Of a stretch of 64,000 bases of DNA, positions 59,183-64,000 are shown piece after piece. The position numbers were made by a program, and so were the translations under genes. The DNA is from Anthoceros angustus (taxonomy: Eukaryota; Plantae; Anthocerotophyta), in the NCBI GenBank assembly GCA_010909165.1, contig VJWM01000193.1, positions 1 to 64,000 on the forward strand, written 5' to 3'. The stretch's first letter is position 1; every line of letters starts with the position of its first letter. The notes below the pieces were generated by a model. It saw only the letters and a program-made list of their open reading frames with translations. It made no database searches and was not told the DNA's origin.

Positions 59183-61770
59183 TCACCAAAACAATGCCGT
59201 AGGGATGGAGCTGAACTTCTCTACTGGTGCAGACTGTTCCAGTAGCACGGACGCTTCCAAGCAGTCAGTGGCCTGGACTAGATGACCCGCCTCCTTGTGG
59301 ATTACTCCCAAGTGGAACCAAGCCACATGATTGGTTGGATCCAAGTGCAGGGCATCAGTCAGGAAGCCTCGAGCGACAGGGAGTGATGACCCTCCCGCTT
59401 TGCCAATCAAAGCTCCCAGTGCGATCTTGCTTGGAACATGGGTGGAGTCTATGCCGAGGGCATTGCTGTATGCTGCCCTTGCATCCAGCAGCTCACCTCT
59501 GGCTTCATGCAGAACCCCTGGCAGTGTAAGTCGTCCTTATTAGTAGTTGGGCAAAACGATGTTCCATCCGTCACTACAAGAAGCTGAGAGGGTGGGTCCA
59601 ACTGACAAATGTAGCAGCAAATTGCTAACCTGAGCAGTGCCATGTAGCTGCAGCATAAGTTTTGATGCCCTGTGCCTTCTCGATACAGATCTCCGCATCC
59701 CGCCATTGTTCAAGCGAAGTGTACACTGCTGCCAGATCTTGCCAGACCTCAACCTCTTCTACTTTTTCAGAGCCTTCCTGCACGTGTAAAATCTTTCGTA
59801 AGAATCGTTTGGGACCAGCGAAAAGCTACGTAAAACCACTGGGAGGCATGCCCGACTAGGAGGCCACCGTCAAAATCGTACCTTGAGTCTCCAGTTTCCT
59901 GCTTCAAAGCTCTTCCTCTGGGCTTGGACCAATGCAAGCAAAGACCTGTAAGTCTCGATGGCCTTCATTGGGTGCCTGTCTGCAAGCTGAACTTTTGCCT
60001 TCGAGCGCAGCAAGTTCCCCTGCTCCCACCTTCCGGTTTCATCAATAGCTGCATCTAATGCCACCACTGCGTCTTCGTACCTCTTCTGCCCAGACAAGAT
60101 AAGGGCAAGGAGCCTCCATCCTTTGACTGAAGCTCCACCGCTGAGGTCCAGATACTTTTTGGCACAATCCAATGCTACTTTCAGGTCACGTTGCTCCGCC
60201 AGCGCAAGTCCTAGATCAAAAACTACTCTTGCGTCATTCCTGCTCAAGTTTATGGCTTCATTCAAAGCCTTCAACGCTTCTCTCTGTAGACGAGTCCGTT
60301 CTGAATCCGAGGATGCCACTTTGGCATGCGATCCCAGGGCAACTCCCAACACATGGAAGGCCATGCCTCTCAAGTGCTCGTGGACTCCAGAAGCGTTCTC
60401 TATTGCACCTTGAGCATATTGCACACCCTCGCCTGCAAGATCTGGATCCTGTGCACAGAGTTTTGCAGCAAGAAGAAGTGAAGAAACGTCATTGGGCTTC
60501 TCTCTGAGATGCACACATTTCCGAAGGAGATTGAGCGCAAATTTGTTCTGACCAGCTCCAGCAAAGCAAAGCCCCAAATTGTACCATCGGTCCGTCCTAC
60601 TCAATATTCCGGGTAGAAGTTCCTCATACTGCTGTGCTAACACCCCAGATTGCCCACAAATGGACAAGGCAAAACTGAGATGCTCCATGATAGTGGGATC
60701 CCAGCTGACTTTCCGAGCTGCCTGCTTCTTTTGCAGAATCGAGAGCAACAGTATGGCCTCCTCCACATTGTTTTTAGGGGTGAAAGCCCCTTCGCTCTGA
60801 AAAGCAAGACTTGGTGCCACTGCCTCGATACCTCCATACAACAACAACATTGCAAATCCCTTGTACAAACGTGCAGAGCATTCGGCATCGAGGTTCCAGG
60901 GACTTAGCAACGCTCTCCTGTATGCATTTATGGCATCTGCGTACAGACCTGCCTGCTTATAAAGCTCCGGCAGGAGCTCCACACACTTAGAAACAGTCTC
61001 TTGTAGTTTTCCTTCACCCCATGCATCAGGAACCCCATCAGGCAGAGCGGCTTCAATGGTGTCAAGCACACTCTTACACTCTTGCCCAGCTTCTGCAATT
61101 CCAGGAGCAGACTATGCATCAGAAGACGTCTGTACGACAGGCTAAACAGAAAATCCCTCATTAGCACCAACTGCGCCATGCTCCGCTGGTCAAGAAGCAT
61201 AAACGGCCCTTAATCTGCACACATAAGAACAACCGCCATACCAGGTAGCTTGCCAAGCCTTTCGAAAGACCTAGCTCTCAAATACGTGGCTTCCAGCAAC
61301 AAGCTTGCATCATGCACAGACTGCGGTTGTACAGACTCCTGCCTGCGGCCTCGCCGATGATGATGATGACGGCTCTTCTCTGTGGCAGATACTCTAAGCC
61401 GGGGCACAATGGAGGAAATATCAATCCCATCAAACACTTTAATGGCTGCTTCCACATTCCCCCTCTGAAACTCCAGTCTTCCGAGGAGCGCCCTGGCAAC
61501 CTGCAAAGCCGATCCGTAAGCAAATCCATCTCCTCACGAAGAAACATCAAAAAAAGGAAGGTCAGAAACCCGCGTTACCTCATCGTTGAGAGAAAGAGCT
61601 TCCCTCAGGGAAGACTCCGCCTCCTCAATGTTGCCCTCATCCAGCTTCGCCTCACCCTCCATGGCCTTGGCAGACATTCCACTACAGGAAACATGCTCGG
61701 CAGCAGCCATCTCCTCGGGCGGCTGCCCCTCGTCAAACTTGAATTGCTCCCTGGAGCAGCCACACAACAT
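59183..61770 (-). CDS. NPG1/NPGR-family TPR protein (TTC7-like), multi-exon
   Basis: MLCGCSREQFKFDE, LDEGNIEEAESSLREALSLN, ARALLGRLEFQRGNVEAA, YRRALLSPWNLD, FTPKNNVEEAILLL, GWRLLALILSGQKR and LEQSAPVEKFSS match NPG1/NPGR. Confidence 0.92.
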
Positions 61771-62799
61771 CTTCACACGGAGCAAGGCGCAGAGCAGGGA
61801 AAGCCCGGATCAGATGCCTCCGGCAACCACAGCCTCCTCACTTTCACCTGACCATCCACGCACAGTGTGTCAACAACAACAACACCCGCAATTCGCCACC
61901 CCCGCCGATCTCATCTCATCTCTCTCATCTCATCACATAAGCTCCCTAAAAGCGAGCACGGATTATGCCGACCACATCCACGGCGGGCGCTATCTACTCG
62001 GGTGGAAGTGGCCGATCCATTTCCAAGCAGGAAACGGTCGACCAGAGCATGAAATCTGGAGAACCGGGATCTCATCTCAGCTGACCCCGGATCCGAAACA
62101 GAGCGCAAAGACGGAACAGAATCCTTCCGTTCTGATTCGGAGCTGCCCGCAGCAGCTGCGAAGTGAAGTGAAGTGGAGCAAAGCAAAGCCAAGCAACTCC
62201 AAGCAAAGGAAAGCAAAACAAAGCAGCCGACAAGGAGAAGGGATCCCGGTCCAGATCAGGGAAGCTGATGACCTGCCCGCCCTAAAGCCTGCTCTGCGCA
62301 GAGCGAGAGGTACGAGCCAGGCACAAATTCCGCGACTCACATGATGAAAGCAGAAAGCAAACCGAGGCCGTGCGCATCATGAGAAGCAGTACAGAGTAAC
62401 CAATGACCTGACACAGCATTGAAAGCGCGGAACGGACAGAGATAGCAGTTGCATAGCGTACATACCCCGCTCGCAACCGCCATCTCCGCTTTTGGGAACC
62501 ACAGCGTCTTGTTCAGGCGTGGTCAAATCTGCTTTGCCGCTCGCATCGATCCGCTGCTCGAAGCGCACGTTGCAGGCCGGCGTCCGCGCATCGGTCGCCG
62601 ATGAGATGTTGTTTCTGTCAGAGTCCTTTGATTTCCTGTCATGGGACATAACATTTTTAGATTTGCATGGAAACTCGTCATCCAGGATTTTTTTCTAGTC
62701 TTTTTCAAGGAGGCGCAATGGCATCTCCAGTTGGTCTTTCAGTACATCTACATAATGCTGTGAAGCTCACAATTTGACGAGAGAGCTGTTGAGGCCTTT

Positions 62800-63840
62800 G
62801 GACGCCACGCTCATCGATATCAGCGATGTAAGGGGACAGGAAATCCAAGCAGCTCGGAGCTCAACAAGTAGACTGCTGAGATTTGCAGTAATGCTGCCTG
62901 GAAGCTTTTCGGGGTAACGATATGCTGGAAATATGACACATATGTACATGTGTAGGTCCACATGATGTCTGATGACCACGTGTAGTTACCTCATCGGCAA
63001 CGATAAATGCAGCATCACCTGAAGCCTAGGCAGCCATTGATGTCCATCGAGTCAGCTTGCGGAGAGCCCAAGGCACATATTGTAGCTGCGAGCAAAGCAG
63101 TCGGAATGCATTCCAAGCTATGTATGTACTCAGGAACAGGGCACACAGAAGAAGAAGAAGAAGAAGAAGAAGAAGAAGAAGAATAATTTTATTTAAGTCC
63201 ACTAAGGACGGGTTTCCGTCATGGGACTTGGTACTTAACTTCTTGTACTATGGTGTGCCTAAGCTACTTGCACCAAGGGCATCCACTCCCCTTAGGCACC
63301 CCATCGAAGTACCGATCCAAGCTCAGGATGCTTAATCACGGCGTTCTTATAAATGTGTCCATTTGGCCTAGGCGTAAAAGCACGATCCTCATTAACCACG
63401 TCTGACACGGCTCTTGGATTCTTAGGGTTAAAAGTCCTGCGGCTGCAATGAAGGCATTCCCAACACACTCGCTATGTTGCACCCCTAGTCACACAATCCG
63501 ACCCACAAAATCAGAGCTGATCAAAGGTTTCATCTCATTTCACATGACGATATAACTAGCGAACGGCGTCATGTCACGCAAGATTAAACCACTGGGAAGC
63601 AGGTTCCAGTTGCGGACAGTTGTGAGGTCACCTGAAAGGCTGCAGATCTACTTTGTCATGAGGTGTAGGGAATTCTCTCCACACCGGCGAGAATATCCAT
63701 ACCGAGTCCTAGGAATTAACTGTTGCTAAACATCTCATGTGCTGGCCCTTCGCTTGCATTCATAGAGAGGAGAAAAGAGCCTCCAGCTTCGATGGCGGCC
63801 CTTGGGCTACATCCAGGTGAAGGAAGCCTTTCTGGTAGGA
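62800..63840 (-). other. Probable exons of an unidentified minus-strand gene continuing beyond the window
   Basis: GT-AG-bounded segments such as cag|GDAAFIVADE|gtaac (~62990-63020) and ccag|HIVTPKSFQAALL. No family recognised. Confidence 0.3.
63148..63183 (+). repeat. (GAA)12 microsatellite
   Basis: Twelve perfect GAA units. Confidence 0.97.
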
Positions 63841-64000
63841 AGCTAAGTAAAACATGGTGCTTGAAAGATTTTAAATCAAAGTTGGTAAGAAAATAGCGGT
63901 ATCTGAGGCTGGCTTACTGCTCAAAGAAAGCCAGATTTGAGACTAGAAAGCAGTTTCGTAGGTAGAGAGGGACACTTCCTTCCACTCCTTCTGTCTAGCT

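Noticed and set aside
1-64000. tRNA, rRNA or other structured RNA genes
   Set aside because: None recognised by eye; tRNAscan-SE and Infernal would be needed to exclude them.

Overview
Eukaryotic, intron-containing land-plant DNA, not bacterial. The compact GC-rich genes, ~80-100 bp introns and a PLS-PPR gene with extended L motifs suggest a seed-free plant, possibly a hornwort (inference). Host genes that read cleanly: a PLS-class PPR (E/E+) editing-factor-like gene, BUD23/WBSCR22, an ELF4-like gene, a probable plastid protein with a CURT1/CAAD-like end, an F-box/kelch gene, ABC1K1, an SGNH/PC-esterase-like gene and an NPG1/NPGR TPR gene. Between them lie PPR, SKP1 and Myb/SANT pseudogene fragments, a solo LTR with non-canonical AGT...ACT ends in a palindromic target, and a TA-flanked MITE. 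The main discovery candidate is a ~11 kb element present twice in tandem (about 27.3-38.0 kb and 38.8-50.5 kb). It carries a minus-strand DDD-type transposase (DUF7869/Sola-like motifs) and a divergent, intron-containing plus-strand gene that reconstructs as a ParB/Srx-like domain followed by a beta-class N4C/N6A DNA methyltransferase-like domain. Both copies are full of small indels, and copy 2 is joined by 8-10 bp microhomology jumps, so assembly or base-calling artefacts are likely and the reconstructions need read-level checking.
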